DNA of 64,000 bases. It comes from Fimbriimonadales bacterium. Lineage in GTDB: Bacteria > Armatimonadota > Fimbriimonadia > Fimbriimonadales > Fimbriimonadaceae. The notes under the pieces were generated by a model, which was given only the letters and a program-made list of their open reading frames with translations, made no database searches and was not told where the DNA came from. Where the stretch lies: positions 17,417 through 81,416 of the forward strand of contig JAXLTH010000005.1 in the NCBI GenBank assembly GCA_046330155.1, read 5' to 3'. A program made the translations under genes and the position numbers. Shown one piece after another: positions 54,415-63,863 of the stretch; the first letter of the stretch is position 1, and each line of letters starts with the position of its first letter.

Positions 54415-55583
54415 CCGCTGGACTCGCCCTCCTTGCCCTCTTGGTCGCCCGGCCCGCCGCCGGTCCCATGATCGGGGCAAAGAGCGCCATCCTGATGGAT
54501 GCGGACACCGGCAAGGTGCTCTGGGCACAAGACGCGGACACGCCGCGGCCCCCCGCAAGCACCACGAAGGTGATGACGAGCCTCCTCCTCTTGGAGCACA
54601 CGTCCTCCGAAGAAGAGGTGGTCGCCGACGGCGACACCCTGAACATCGAGGGCGCGAGCCTCCATCTGCGACTGGGAGAGCGGTTGCGAGCCGACCAAAT
54701 GCTTTGGGGCATCATGCTGCGTAGCGCGAACGATGCCTGCATTGCCGTTGCCAAGCATGTGGCGGGCTCGGTCCCCAAGTTCGTGCAGATGATGAACGAC
54801 CGCGCCCGTGAACTCGGCTGCACCAACACCCACTTTGCCAATCCGAACGGCCTGCCCGCGCCCGATCACGTGACCACGGCGCACGATCTCGCCCTCATCG
54901 CCCGCGAGGCGATGAAGCGGCCGGATTTTCGTCGAGTTGCCCGCACGCGGCGAGTCACCATCGAGCGTTCGATCAACCAAGCTGATCGCCGCTTGATCAG
55001 CAAGAACGAAGTCCTCGACAAGGACCCCTCGGCGGACGGCGTGAAGACCGGCTACACGAGCGAAGCCGGCCACTGCTACGTGGGCAGCGCGACCCGGAGC
55101 GGGCACCGGCTGATCACCGTGGTCCTGAACAGCCCCGCTTGGATGGACGACCACGAAGCGCTGCTCCGGTACGGTTTCGAATCGTTCGAGCGCAAAGTCG
55201 CGGTCAAGGCTGGGAAGGGACGGTACGAGGTTCCGGTAACGGGCACCCTTGCCAAAGTCCAAGCCGCCAATAAGGAAACCGTGTTCGCCATCGAGCGCAA
55301 AGGGAGCGATCCCCTTTTCGAGACTCGCTTGGAACCCGTCGCCGGGCTCAAAGCCCCGCTTCCCAAGGGCACTACGGTGGCTTTCGCAACCTACCGGGAC
55401 CGAGATGGCTTCGTGCAAAAGGTGCCCCTGGTGGCGATAGAAGATGTTCCCGTGGTGGCGGGCAGTGCCTCGCCTTCGCACATGGTCATCGCAACTGTGC
55501 TCCTTTCCGGGGTTTACTTGATGCGGCGCAAGTCGCGCCGGACCATTGCCCATGCCACGAGAACGACCCGCCGCTCTGCCTGA
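54411..55583 (+). CDS. D-alanyl-D-alanine carboxypeptidase (peptidase S11, PBP5/DacB-like)
   Basis: ASTTKVMT (SxxK), SANDA (SxN), KTGYT (KTG). ATGA overlap with the scpB stop. C-terminal TM helix. Confidence 0.9.
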   Translation: MTAGLALLALLVARPAAGPMIGAKSAILMDADTGKVLWAQDADTPRPPASTTKVMTSLLLLEHTSSEEEVVADGDTLNIEGASLHLRLGERLRADQMLWGIMLRSANDACIAVAKHVAGSVPKFVQMMNDRARELGCTNTHFANPNGLPAPDHVTTAHDLALIAREAMKRPDFRRVARTRRVTIERSINQADRRLISKNEVLDKDPSADGVKTGYTSEAGHCYVGSATRSGHRLITVVLNSPAWMDDHEALLRYGFESFERKVAVKAGKGRYEVPVTGTLAKVQAANKETVFAIERKGSDPLFETRLEPVAGLKAPLPKGTTVAFATYRDRDGFVQKVPLVAIEDVPVVAGSASPSHMVIATVLLSGVYLMRRKSRRTIAHATRTTRRSA

Positions 55584-56307
55584 TCGAGGCGAAGAACGCC
55601 TCCACAAGCGGATTGCCGCGTCTGGGATGTGCAGTCGAAGGGCTGCCGAGGAACTCATCCGCGAGGGCAGGGTCACCGTCAACGGCGAACTCGTCATCGA
55701 GATGGGCCGCAAGGTCACGCCCGAAGACGACGTAAGAATCGACGGTGCCAAGCTGGGTTTCGCCCGGAGCCACACTTTGGTCATGAACAAACCCAAGGGG
55801 TACGTCACCACGCTCCGCGACCCGCAGGGACGGCGGACCGTCGCCGAGTTGCTCCCAGATGTGGGGGTAATGCTCAAGCCGGTAGGAAGGCTCGACCTCG
55901 ACACCGAGGGCTTGCTTCTATTCACCAACGACGGCGAACTCGCCAACCGCCTGATGCATCCGCGCTACGGAGTCGAGAAGGAGTACATCGTCACGGTCGA
56001 AGGCGAACCCGACGAGAAGGCGCTCGACAAGCTCCGGAAAGGTATCTACATCGAAGGCGGCAAAACCCAGCCCGCCACGATCGAACCCTCCAAGCACAAC
56101 CCATCGGAGTTCCGCATCACGATCCACGAGGGACGCAAGCGGCAGGTTCGCATGATGTGCATGGCGATCGGCCACCCCGTGAAGACCCTCAAGCGCGTCC
56201 GCATCGGGTTCATTCGCCTCCATAACATCCCCAAAGGGACTTGCCGAATGCTCGGCAAGTCCGAAGTGGACGCCTTGCGGAAGGCCGTCGGCCTCCCGCC
56301 GGCATAA
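55552..56307 (+). CDS. rluB: Pseudouridine synthase, RsuA/RluB family, with an S4 domain
   Basis: ERLHKRIAASGMCSRRAAEELIREGRVTVNG (S4) and VGRLDLDTEGLLLFTNDG (catalytic Asp). The start is either ATG 55552 or TTG 55546. Confidence 0.9.
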   Translation: MPRERPAALPDRGEERLHKRIAASGMCSRRAAEELIREGRVTVNGELVIEMGRKVTPEDDVRIDGAKLGFARSHTLVMNKPKGYVTTLRDPQGRRTVAELLPDVGVMLKPVGRLDLDTEGLLLFTNDGELANRLMHPRYGVEKEYIVTVEGEPDEKALDKLRKGIYIEGGKTQPATIEPSKHNPSEFRITIHEGRKRQVRMMCMAIGHPVKTLKRVRIGFIRLHNIPKGTCRMLGKSEVDALRKAVGLPPA

Positions 56308-56313
56308 CGCGGC

Positions 56314-57801
56314 TTACGCCAAGTTGTAAACGTCCCGATACTTCGCCGTCAGGCCCGCCAAGTAGTCGCTGGCGTCCATCGGCTTGCCCGTCACGCCCAG
56401 AACCAGTTCCTTCGGCGGAATCGACTTGCCCTTTCGGTAGATGTTCGTCTGAAGCCAGCCGAGGATCGGGGCAAAGTCGCCCGCCTCGATCAGGGCATCC
56501 GTGTTCGGGACGTCCTTCTTGAGGCAGTTCCAGAACTGGTAACTCAAGAGGTTGCCCATCGAATAGGTCGGGAAGTAGCCGATAAGGGCACCTGACCAGT
56601 GGACGTCCTGAAGGCAGCCCTCCGAGTCCGTTCGCGGGCGCACGCCGAGATAGTCTTCGTACTTGGCGTTCCACGCTTCGGGCAAGTCCGCAACCCGGAG
56701 CGCGCCTGTCAACAGGTCGCACTCGGTCTCGAACCGCACCATGATGTGCATGTTGTAGGTGAGTTCGTCGGCTTCCACGCGAATGAAGCTGGGCTCCACC
56801 TTGTTGATCGCCTTGTACCAGGTGTCCAGGTCGTACTTGGCAAGCGCGGGGAAACGCTTCTGCAGTTCGGGCAGGAATCGCTTCCAGAACGGCTTCGAGC
56901 GTCCGATGATGTTCTCCCAGAATCGGCTCTGGCTTTCGTGGATGCCCAGCGAGACGCCGCCCGCGAGAGGCGTGCGGTCCCAAGCCATCGGTGAGCCCTG
57001 CTCGTACATCCCGTGCCCCGCCTCGTGGAGCGACCCAAAGATGGCGGCTCCGATGTACGGCTTGAAACGCGTGGTGAGCCGGACGTCGCCGATCGAGAAG
57101 TTCGTGCAGAACGGGTGCGGAGCGGTGTCCTGACGGCCGCGCGTCATGTCAAATCCGATCGCCTTCACCAGCATCTGCGTGAACTCGCTCTGCTTCGCCT
57201 CTTCCCACTCGCCGTGGAGCCCGGAGTCGTCGACTTTCGGCGCGGCTGCGATTGCCTTCACCAACTGCACCAGCGGGCCGCGCAGCGCGTCGAACATGGC
57301 TCGAACATCGGCGGCGGTCGATCCTTCCTCGTACTGGTCGAGCAAGGCATCGTAAATGTGGTCTCGATAGCCCAGGTACTCGGCTTCCTGGCGGGCGAGG
57401 TCGAACATCTGCCCCAAGGTCGGCGCAAACGACTTGAAGTCGTTCTCGGCGCGCGCCTTAACCCAAAGCTCGTGCCCCTGGGCGGCAAGAGTGATCTTCT
57501 TCGCCACGAACTCGGCGGGAATCTTGGTGAGAAGATCCATGTCCCGCTTCACAACCCTGACCAGCGCGGCGTCTTCCGAGCCGGGGGCAACCTCAGATGC
57601 AGCGCCTTCGAGCGCCTTGCGAGTCTCGTCCGCCGTGAAAATCTCGTGGCCCATTCGGCTGAGAATGCCAGCTTGGTGGGCGCGAGCCTCTGCGCCTCCC
57701 GGGGGCATGTTGCATTGCATGTCCCAATCCATGACCGCACCTGCAGCGTGCAGGGCGTTGACATCGGCGAGGCGGGTTTTCAGGGTTGTTAACGAACTCA
57801 T
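56314..57801 (-). CDS. M32 carboxypeptidase (Taq-type)
   Basis: Internal ATG 57801 (MSSLTTLKTRL). HEAGHGMYEQG (HExxH), HESQSRFWEN, IRVEADELTY. Confidence 0.9.
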   Translation of the reverse strand: MSSLTTLKTRLADVNALHAAGAVMDWDMQCNMPPGGAEARAHQAGILSRMGHEIFTADETRKALEGAASEVAPGSEDAALVRVVKRDMDLLTKIPAEFVAKKITLAAQGHELWVKARAENDFKSFAPTLGQMFDLARQEAEYLGYRDHIYDALLDQYEEGSTAADVRAMFDALRGPLVQLVKAIAAAPKVDDSGLHGEWEEAKQSEFTQMLVKAIGFDMTRGRQDTAPHPFCTNFSIGDVRLTTRFKPYIGAAIFGSLHEAGHGMYEQGSPMAWDRTPLAGGVSLGIHESQSRFWENIIGRSKPFWKRFLPELQKRFPALAKYDLDTWYKAINKVEPSFIRVEADELTYNMHIMVRFETECDLLTGALRVADLPEAWNAKYEDYLGVRPRTDSEGCLQDVHWSGALIGYFPTYSMGNLLSYQFWNCLKKDVPNTDALIEAGDFAPILGWLQTNIYRKGKSIPPKELVLGVTGKPMDASDYLAGLTAKYRDVYNLA

Positions 57802-57889
57802 AAGACGATTACCTAGATTTACGAAACGCGGGTTGCAGTGTCTTGCGTACTGTATGTTGGGCAATAGCCCTCCGAAAGTACATTCCTTT

Positions 57890-57918
57890 GCCCGCGGGTT
57901 TCCGCGGGCGCTTTTTTT
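57890..57918. terminator. GC-rich hairpin with a T7 run overlapping the stop codon of 57917..59752
   Basis: GCCCGCGG-GTTT-CCGCGGGC then GCTTTTTTT on the plus strand. Both flanking genes are on the minus strand, where the run reads as an upstream A tract. Confidence 0.5.
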
Positions 57919-59752
57919 ATCGCTTTGCCAGCGCCTCCCCTACCGAGTGGCCCGTGGCGTTCTTCGGGGCGGGAATGCCCAGCGCCGCACAAAGCGTTGG
58001 CATGATGTCGATTTGGCGAACCGCCGGGATCGATTTTCCAACCTGAAGACCGGGGCCCGCCGCATAAAAGATGGCGTGCATCGTGCGCCGCTGGGGATAG
58101 AAGCCGTGGACGCCGGCTCCAATCTCGTCCCCGTTCTTCGATACCAAGTCGCGACTCGCGCGATTGGAAGGATAATAGCCGGGAGCCAGCTCGAAGTACA
58201 GGTCGCCGCCCCTCGGCCCGCCCATACCAAGGTACGGAAAGTCGGTCGGCGTCGCCGTCAAAGTCACAAAGGGCATTCCCGTCGAATCCACGGCGGAAAG
58301 AAGCGCCTTGCGGGCTGCTTCGATCACTGTCGCCCGTTGTTCAGGAGGCACGATCCCGCCCTTTCGGTCGGTACCGTTCACCACGAGGAAGAAGTCGGTC
58401 CAGTCCGGCACGCCGATCTTGGTCTTCGACCAGTCGATCCGGTTCCCGTCGCGAACGAGGAGCCCCGCTCGTTCAAGCACGGTATTGACCTGGAAGTAGT
58501 TGCGAACGCCCGCCATGCCGTGGTCGCTCATCAACGCCACGATCGCCTTGCCCTCCACGGCGTCGAGAATGTGTCCAAGCCAGGCATCCTGCAACTTGTA
58601 GACCTCTTCGTAAAACGGCCAGAGCTTCGCCGCTATCGCCTCGTCGTAGCCGGGATTGCCGGGGTCCAAAGCACCCATCCAGGTGTGCCCGGCGCTGTCG
58701 CTCATGGGCGTGTAGTGGAACATCACATCCGGCTGGAACTGCTTCCAACCGTAGTCGAAGCTCCGCTTGAGGAACTCGCAGTCCTGGCGGACGAGTTCCA
58801 GACAGCGGCGCTCGGCTTCGCCGTCGCCGCCCTTGTACAACGGAGTTCCGAACATGCCCTTCTGATAGTTGAAAAACGGGTCGTCGTGGAATCCGCCGTA
58901 GGCGTCCGAGTATCGGGTTCGGTCCGCCAACGATTCGGTGCCCTTCAATCCGCCGACCGCCCGCAGATAAAGCTCGATCTTGCTGCCATCGGGACTCAGC
59001 GAGAACAGGCGGAACGAAGCGACGCCCGGGGCGTCGTCCTTCACCACGGAGAAGCCAGGACTCCAGGCGCCAAGGTCGGCCGATGCCGATTTCGGCTTCA
59101 AGTTGGCGGACCTCCCTCCCCCTTTGACCACCACGGTGTCATAGCCCTGAACCGGATCCTTCGGGTCGTCCACCATGGTGAACGTGAACGACGTTCCCGC
59201 CACGTCAGTGGTCCAAGAGGTCTTGCCCTCAAAGGAGCGGACCATCTTGGCGGGCGAAAGCGTGGTTTCAAAGCCGCTGAACTCGACGAACTTCGACTTG
59301 TCCTTGAGCTGCGGAAAGAACGCTTCGGGCGGATAGGAGCACGCCGCCGAAAGCGCCACCACTTTACGGCCCGCGTTTGCCGCCGCCACCCAAATTGGCT
59401 CGGCAAGCATCGCGTTCGCGTCGAAACCCCGCATGCTCTCGTCCAGCGTGTGCTCGTGGCAAGGCAGCATCGGCACCGAGTTGTTCGCGACGCCGTTGAC
59501 GTCCGCCCAGGCTCCCGTGAACATCGCCGCATGGCCCACCGCCGTCTTGCTCGGCCAAGCCGGAATGCTTGCCTCCGCCGAGATGCCCTTGGCTTTCAAC
59601 CGAGCTACGTTTGGCAGCTTGCCTTCAGCGAGCAATCGGTCGACCACCCAATCGGCAGCCCCGTCCCAAACGATGTTCACCAGCCTGGCGTTTTGCGATG
59701 AGGCGAAGGCGGCGCAAAGGACCGCGGCAAGGCAAAGGGGAGCGCGACGCAT
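57917..59752 (-). CDS. Secreted alkaline-phosphatase-superfamily enzyme (type I phosphodiesterase / nucleotide pyrophosphatase-like)
   Basis: Signal peptide MRRAPLCLAAVLCAAFASSQ. WPSKTAVGHAAMFTG (nucleophile Thr region), LMSDHGM, AGVHGF. Confidence 0.75.
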   Translation of the reverse strand: MRRAPLCLAAVLCAAFASSQNARLVNIVWDGAADWVVDRLLAEGKLPNVARLKAKGISAEASIPAWPSKTAVGHAAMFTGAWADVNGVANNSVPMLPCHEHTLDESMRGFDANAMLAEPIWVAAANAGRKVVALSAACSYPPEAFFPQLKDKSKFVEFSGFETTLSPAKMVRSFEGKTSWTTDVAGTSFTFTMVDDPKDPVQGYDTVVVKGGGRSANLKPKSASADLGAWSPGFSVVKDDAPGVASFRLFSLSPDGSKIELYLRAVGGLKGTESLADRTRYSDAYGGFHDDPFFNYQKGMFGTPLYKGGDGEAERRCLELVRQDCEFLKRSFDYGWKQFQPDVMFHYTPMSDSAGHTWMGALDPGNPGYDEAIAAKLWPFYEEVYKLQDAWLGHILDAVEGKAIVALMSDHGMAGVRNYFQVNTVLERAGLLVRDGNRIDWSKTKIGVPDWTDFFLVVNGTDRKGGIVPPEQRATVIEAARKALLSAVDSTGMPFVTLTATPTDFPYLGMGGPRGGDLYFELAPGYYPSNRASRDLVSKNGDEIGAGVHGFYPQRRTMHAIFYAAGPGLQVGKSIPAVRQIDIMPTLCAALGIPAPKNATGHSVGEALAKR

Positions 59753-59779
59753 CAGGGAGAAATCTACCCGTTGCGAGGG

Positions 59780-61471
59780 TCAGCGGATGTTAAAGTACTT
59801 CGCTTCCGGATGGTGCACGATGATCGCCGAAGTCGACTGCTCGGGGACCAACATGAACTCCTCGCTGAGTTCGATGCCGATATCCTGCGGCTGCAGAAGC
59901 TCGAACAGCTTCGCCTGGTCTTCCAGGTTCGGGCACGCCGGGTAGCCGAACGAGTAGCGCGCCCCGTGGTACTTGGCGCTGAACAAGAGCCGCATGTCTT
60001 CCGGCTCCTGGTCGTCGATCCCCATTTCCATCCGAATCTGGCGGTGCCAATACTCGGCGAGCGCTTCTGCCGTTTCCACGCCCATGCCGTGGGTGTAGAG
60101 GTACTCCTGGTAGTCGCCGCGGGCAAACAACTCCCGCTCGCGAGCCGAGACTTCGCTTCCAACCGTCACGATCGAAAAGCCAACCGTGTCCAGATTCTCC
60201 GACGACGGGTTCTTCGGCAGAGGCAGGAAGAAGTCGCTGAGGCAAAGCCTCCTTCCGTCGCGTTGCCGGGGGAAAGTGAAGCGCAGCCGCTCGGTTTGGT
60301 AGTCGTCGGCGAACACGATCAAGTCGTTTCCTTCGCTGGCGCACGGGAAATAGCCCCACTTGACGCGTGGCCGAAGCACTTTCGAGAGGTCCCGCTGCAA
60401 ACGCTCGAAGATCGGCCGCGCGTTCTCCTCCAACCACCGGTTGAAGGCGGGATTGTCCAGCCCCTCCTCACGTCGGAACTGCCACTGGCCCCGGAACAAG
60501 GCAACCGGGTTGACGTACTTGAAGACTTCGAAGAGGTCGAACCGCTCGAACTTCCTCGCGCCGTAGAAAGGCAACTTGGGCGGCGTGGAAACCGGCACCA
60601 CTTCTGAGCGCTCGCCCCGAAAGGTGTACAGTTCCGGATCCAAAACGTCCAGCCGGTGGGACCGAACCCGCTCGTACACCGTATCTTCCGGCTCGGCTTC
60701 GGCAACGGGCGCGGCGCCGCCCAGCTGTTCCATCAGCCGCAGCCCCTCAAAAGCGTCCTGGGCGTAGAACACCTTGCCCTTGTAGATCGCGGAAAGGTCT
60801 TGCTCCACGTACGAGCGCGTGAGCGCGGCTCCCCCCAGGATGACCGGAAAGTGTTCCAAGCCCCGCTCGTTCATCTCGATGAGGTTGTCCCTCATGATCA
60901 CGGTGCTCTTCACCAACAAGCCGCTCATGCCGATCACTTGGCATTTGTGCTCCATCGCCTTTTCCAAAATGGCGTTCACGGGCTGCTTGATGCCGATGTT
61001 CACCACGCGGTAGCCGTTGTTGGTGAGGATGATGTCGACCAGGTTCTTGCCGATGTCGTGGACGTCGCCCGCGACCGTCGCCAGCAAGATCGAGCCCTTC
61101 TCCGAGCCCTCTACCTTCTCCATCAGAGGTTCCAAATAGCGAACCGCCGATTTCATGACTTCCGCGCTTTGCAGCACGAACGGGAGCTGCATCTTGCCGG
61201 CGCCGAACAGTTCGCCGACGGTTTTCATGCCGTCCAGCAAGATGTCGTTGATGATCGCGAGCGGTTCGTAGGTCCGGAGCGCGTCCTCAAGATGCGCTTC
61301 CAGGTTCTTCTTCACGCCGTCGACGATGTGCTTTCGTAGCGTGTCCTCGACGGACAGTCCGAGAAACGGATCGGCGGAAGTCGTCGCGGCCTTAACGTTT
61401 TCGAACCGCGCCATCAACTCGAGAAGGGGATCGTAGGTACAGTTGCGCTCCACTTCCGGCTGGTCCGACAT
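59780..61471 (-). CDS. metH: Stand-alone C-terminal half of cobalamin-dependent methionine synthase (B12 cap + B12-binding + AdoMet reactivation domains)
   Basis: 563 aa. GDVHDIGKN (DxHxxG), MSGLLV (SxL), ILGGAAL. Reactivation domain RFTFPRQ...LCLSDFF...EALAEYWHRQIR. No homocysteine- or folate-binding modules. Confidence 0.85.
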   Translation of the reverse strand: MSDQPEVERNCTYDPLLELMARFENVKAATTSADPFLGLSVEDTLRKHIVDGVKKNLEAHLEDALRTYEPLAIINDILLDGMKTVGELFGAGKMQLPFVLQSAEVMKSAVRYLEPLMEKVEGSEKGSILLATVAGDVHDIGKNLVDIILTNNGYRVVNIGIKQPVNAILEKAMEHKCQVIGMSGLLVKSTVIMRDNLIEMNERGLEHFPVILGGAALTRSYVEQDLSAIYKGKVFYAQDAFEGLRLMEQLGGAAPVAEAEPEDTVYERVRSHRLDVLDPELYTFRGERSEVVPVSTPPKLPFYGARKFERFDLFEVFKYVNPVALFRGQWQFRREEGLDNPAFNRWLEENARPIFERLQRDLSKVLRPRVKWGYFPCASEGNDLIVFADDYQTERLRFTFPRQRDGRRLCLSDFFLPLPKNPSSENLDTVGFSIVTVGSEVSARERELFARGDYQEYLYTHGMGVETAEALAEYWHRQIRMEMGIDDQEPEDMRLLFSAKYHGARYSFGYPACPNLEDQAKLFELLQPQDIGIELSEEFMLVPEQSTSAIIVHHPEAKYFNIR

Positions 61472-61694
61472 AGATGGTCAGGATACCTACGCGCCTTGTT
61501 GCGGCATTCCGCGCAAGGTTATGGGTTTGCGACAGGAAGCGCAAACAACCTGAGGCGAACCCTCATAAATATTCCGTATAACCGATTCAGAAGGAAGGTC
61601 TCGAGGCCGCGTTTGCTCTCCCCTTAGCGGTTCTCTGAGGCCTTCTTTCTTTCTTCCTGTTAGACCTCAGAAACCCCGCGCAGGTTCGCCGGGT
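61472..61694 (-). other. 223-nt structured leader/intergenic region upstream of the metH C-terminal-half gene
   Basis: Several hairpins on the minus strand. GGTTTCTGAGG...CCTCAGAGAACC encloses a polypurine loop AACAGGAAGAAAGAAAGAA. There are also GTTTGCG-CTTCCTGT-CGCAAAC and CCTTG...CAAGG. No riboswitch class recognised. Confidence 0.35.
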
Positions 61695-62570
61695 CTACCG
61701 GCGGAAGATCATCTTTCCCTGCTCCGGCTTCTCGCCAACCACGATGATCTCTTTACCGTCGTCGGAAACCGTGCCGAACATCTGGTCCACTTTCGTGCCT
61801 TGCTTCTCGGCGTCCTTTACGTCCATGCCCATCACCTTGGTTTGCGTCAGCTTCAGGCTTTTGCCTTCCAAGCTCCACTTGCCTTCGATCTTGAACACGA
61901 AGTCGAGCACGTAGGTGTTGTCTTCGTTCAGCTTAAGCGCCAGTGAGCGGCTGAACGATTCCATCATCTTCTTCTCTTCTGCCGTCTTGGTGGGGGCGTC
62001 CATCGTGCCTTTCCACTGGCCCACAAGGGCTTTCTCTTCGGATTTCACGGTGGCGGCGCCGACTTTGGTTTCGGCTTCCCGCTCGAAGACCATGGTGCCC
62101 TCTTCCGGCTTCCTCTGGGCGATCCGTATCGTCTTGCCGTCGTCGCTGATCGTTCCCTTCAGCGGCGTTCCGTCGAACTCGTTCTTCGGGTTCTGTTTCT
62201 TCGCCTCTTCCGGGGTCATGCCCATGATCAGTTCGGGCGTGAGGGTGATGTCTTTGCCGTTGATCTCAACCTTTCCTTCGACGGGAACGATCATCACGGT
62301 GAGCAGGAAGCGGTTGTTCTCCTTGATCTCCAAGGACATCATGCCCGCCATCATGTCTGCCATGGCTTCGCCCATCTTTGCGAAGGGGTCTTCCTTCCCA
62401 TCGGTTTTCTTGGGCATTTCGATCTTGCCCTTGTAGTGCCCCAAGATGGCGGGCTGCGCCGCCTTCGTTTCGTTGCCGCCGGCACTCACGGCAGAGCCGT
62501 CGCCCTTCCCGCAACCCGTCAGGGCGGCAAGCAAGACCATGATCAACGAATAAGCGACGGCGCGTCTCAT
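61695..62570 (-). CDS. Lipoprotein with tandemly duplicated domains
   Basis: Internal ATG 62570 gives the lipobox [20 protein letters not shown]. Two homologous halves end in [26 protein letters not shown] and [26 protein letters not shown]. The rest of track ORF 61695..63755 is antisense to ispG. Confidence 0.8.
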   Translation of the reverse strand: MRRAVAYSLIMVLLAALTGCGKGDGSAVSAGGNETKAAQPAILGHYKGKIEMPKKTDGKEDPFAKMGEAMADMMAGMMSLEIKENNRFLLTVMIVPVEGKVEINGKDITLTPELIMGMTPEEAKKQNPKNEFDGTPLKGTISDDGKTIRIAQRKPEEGTMVFEREAETKVGAATVKSEEKALVGQWKGTMDAPTKTAEEKKMMESFSRSLALKLNEDNTYVLDFVFKIEGKWSLEGKSLKLTQTKVMGMDVKDAEKQGTKVDQMFGTVSDDGKEIIVVGEKPEQGKMIFRR

Positions 62571-62636
62571 GCTGGAAAGGACGAGCCGGCGGCAACCGAC
62601 GTGCCACAATTTCCCACGTTCGCAACGTTGGAACCT

Positions 62637-63863
62637 ATGATGCCTCTCGAAGCCGTCTATCCCCGCCGAAAGACCCGTGCCGTCCGCGTGGGCAAAGTCA
62701 CCATGGGCGGAGGACACCCCGTGGTCGTGCAAAGCATGATCACCGAGGAAACGCGCAACATCGACGCCTGCGTCGAGCAGATCATCGCCCTGCACAAAGC
62801 GGGTTGCGAGATCGTCCGCGTGACCACGCCTTCGCTGGGCGAAGCCGAATGCGTCGGCGAAATCCGCGCCAAAGTCGTCGAGAAGTACCAAGCCGTGCCG
62901 CTTACCGCCGACGTCCACCACCAGGGAACGGACATCGCCATCGAAGCCGCCAAACACGTGGACGAAGTCCGCGTCAATCCCGGCTTGTTCGTCTTTCGAA
63001 AGCACACGGGCCGCGAGGAATACAGCCCGGAAGAGCACGCCGAAGAGCTTGCCGCCATCGAGGAGAGTTTTGTGCCCGTCATCGAGGCGTGCAAGAAGCG
63101 CGACATCGCGATGCGCGTCGGCGTCAACCACGGTTCCCTCTCCGAGCGGATGCTGGTGACCTACGGCGACACGCCGGACGGCATGGTCGAGAGCGCCATG
63201 GAGTATTTGCGCCTGTGCCGAAAGCACGGCTACGAAAACTTGAACATCTCCGCCAAGGCGTCGCGCGTTCCCGTCATGGTTGCCGCCAACCGCCTGATGG
63301 CGCGAAAGATGGACGAGGAAGGCATGGACTATCCTCTGCACCTCGGAGTCACCGAGGCCGGAGACGGCGAGTACGCCCGCATCAAAAGCACCGCCGGCAT
63401 CGCCACGCTTCTCATGGAAGGCCTGGGCGACACCATCCGCGTCTCGCTCTCCGAAGACCCGCTGAACGAAATCCCCGCCTGCTACGACATCTTGCAGTCC
63501 CTCGGGCTGCGAAAGACCAAAGTCGAGTACATCGCGTGTCCCTCTTGCGGGCGAACCAAGTTCAATCTGCCCACGGTGCTCCACCAGGTGCGGGAAGCCA
63601 CCAAGCATCTCGTCGGGTTGGATATCGCCGTCATGGGTTGCATCGTCAACGGCCCGGGTGAGATGGCGGACGCGGATTATGGGTACGTCGGCGCGGCGGG
63701 CGGAAAGATCACGCTGTACCGAAAGCGCGACATCGTGAAGAACGGCATTCCCCAAGAACAGGGAGTGCAGGAACTCATCGCGCTGTTGAAGGCCGACGGC
63801 CTTTGGGTTGATCCGCCCGCGGGCTCCGTGAAGGAACTCGTGACGCTACCCGTGAAGGGCTAG
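62637..63863 (+). CDS. ispG: 4-hydroxy-3-methylbut-2-en-1-yl diphosphate synthase (GcpE)
   Basis: Internal ATG 62637. [23 protein letters not shown], and the C-terminal ACPSCGRT...GCIVNGPGE Fe-S cysteines. Confidence 0.95.
   Translation: MMPLEAVYPRRKTRAVRVGKVTMGGGHPVVVQSMITEETRNIDACVEQIIALHKAGCEIVRVTTPSLGEAECVGEIRAKVVEKYQAVPLTADVHHQGTDIAIEAAKHVDEVRVNPGLFVFRKHTGREEYSPEEHAEELAAIEESFVPVIEACKKRDIAMRVGVNHGSLSERMLVTYGDTPDGMVESAMEYLRLCRKHGYENLNISAKASRVPVMVAANRLMARKMDEEGMDYPLHLGVTEAGDGEYARIKSTAGIATLLMEGLGDTIRVSLSEDPLNEIPACYDILQSLGLRKTKVEYIACPSCGRTKFNLPTVLHQVREATKHLVGLDIAVMGCIVNGPGEMADADYGYVGAAGGKITLYRKRDIVKNGIPQEQGVQELIALLKADGLWVDPPAGSVKELVTLPVKG

Noticed and set aside
54306-55946. 546-aa minus-strand ORF
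   Set aside because: It is antisense to the scpB 3' end, the D,D-carboxypeptidase (SxxK/SxN/KTG all present on the plus strand) and the rluB 5' end.
57434-59701. 755-aa plus-strand ORF, the longest plus-strand ORF in this part of the window
   Set aside because: It is antisense to the M32 carboxypeptidase 5' end and to the whole AlkP-family gene. It is Arg/Ala/Pro-rich and low in complexity, whereas the minus-strand products have clear signal peptides and catalytic motifs.
62571-63755. N-terminal 395 residues of track ORF 61695..63755
   Set aside because: This stretch is antisense to ispG. The genuine lipoprotein starts at ATG 62570 with a lipobox.
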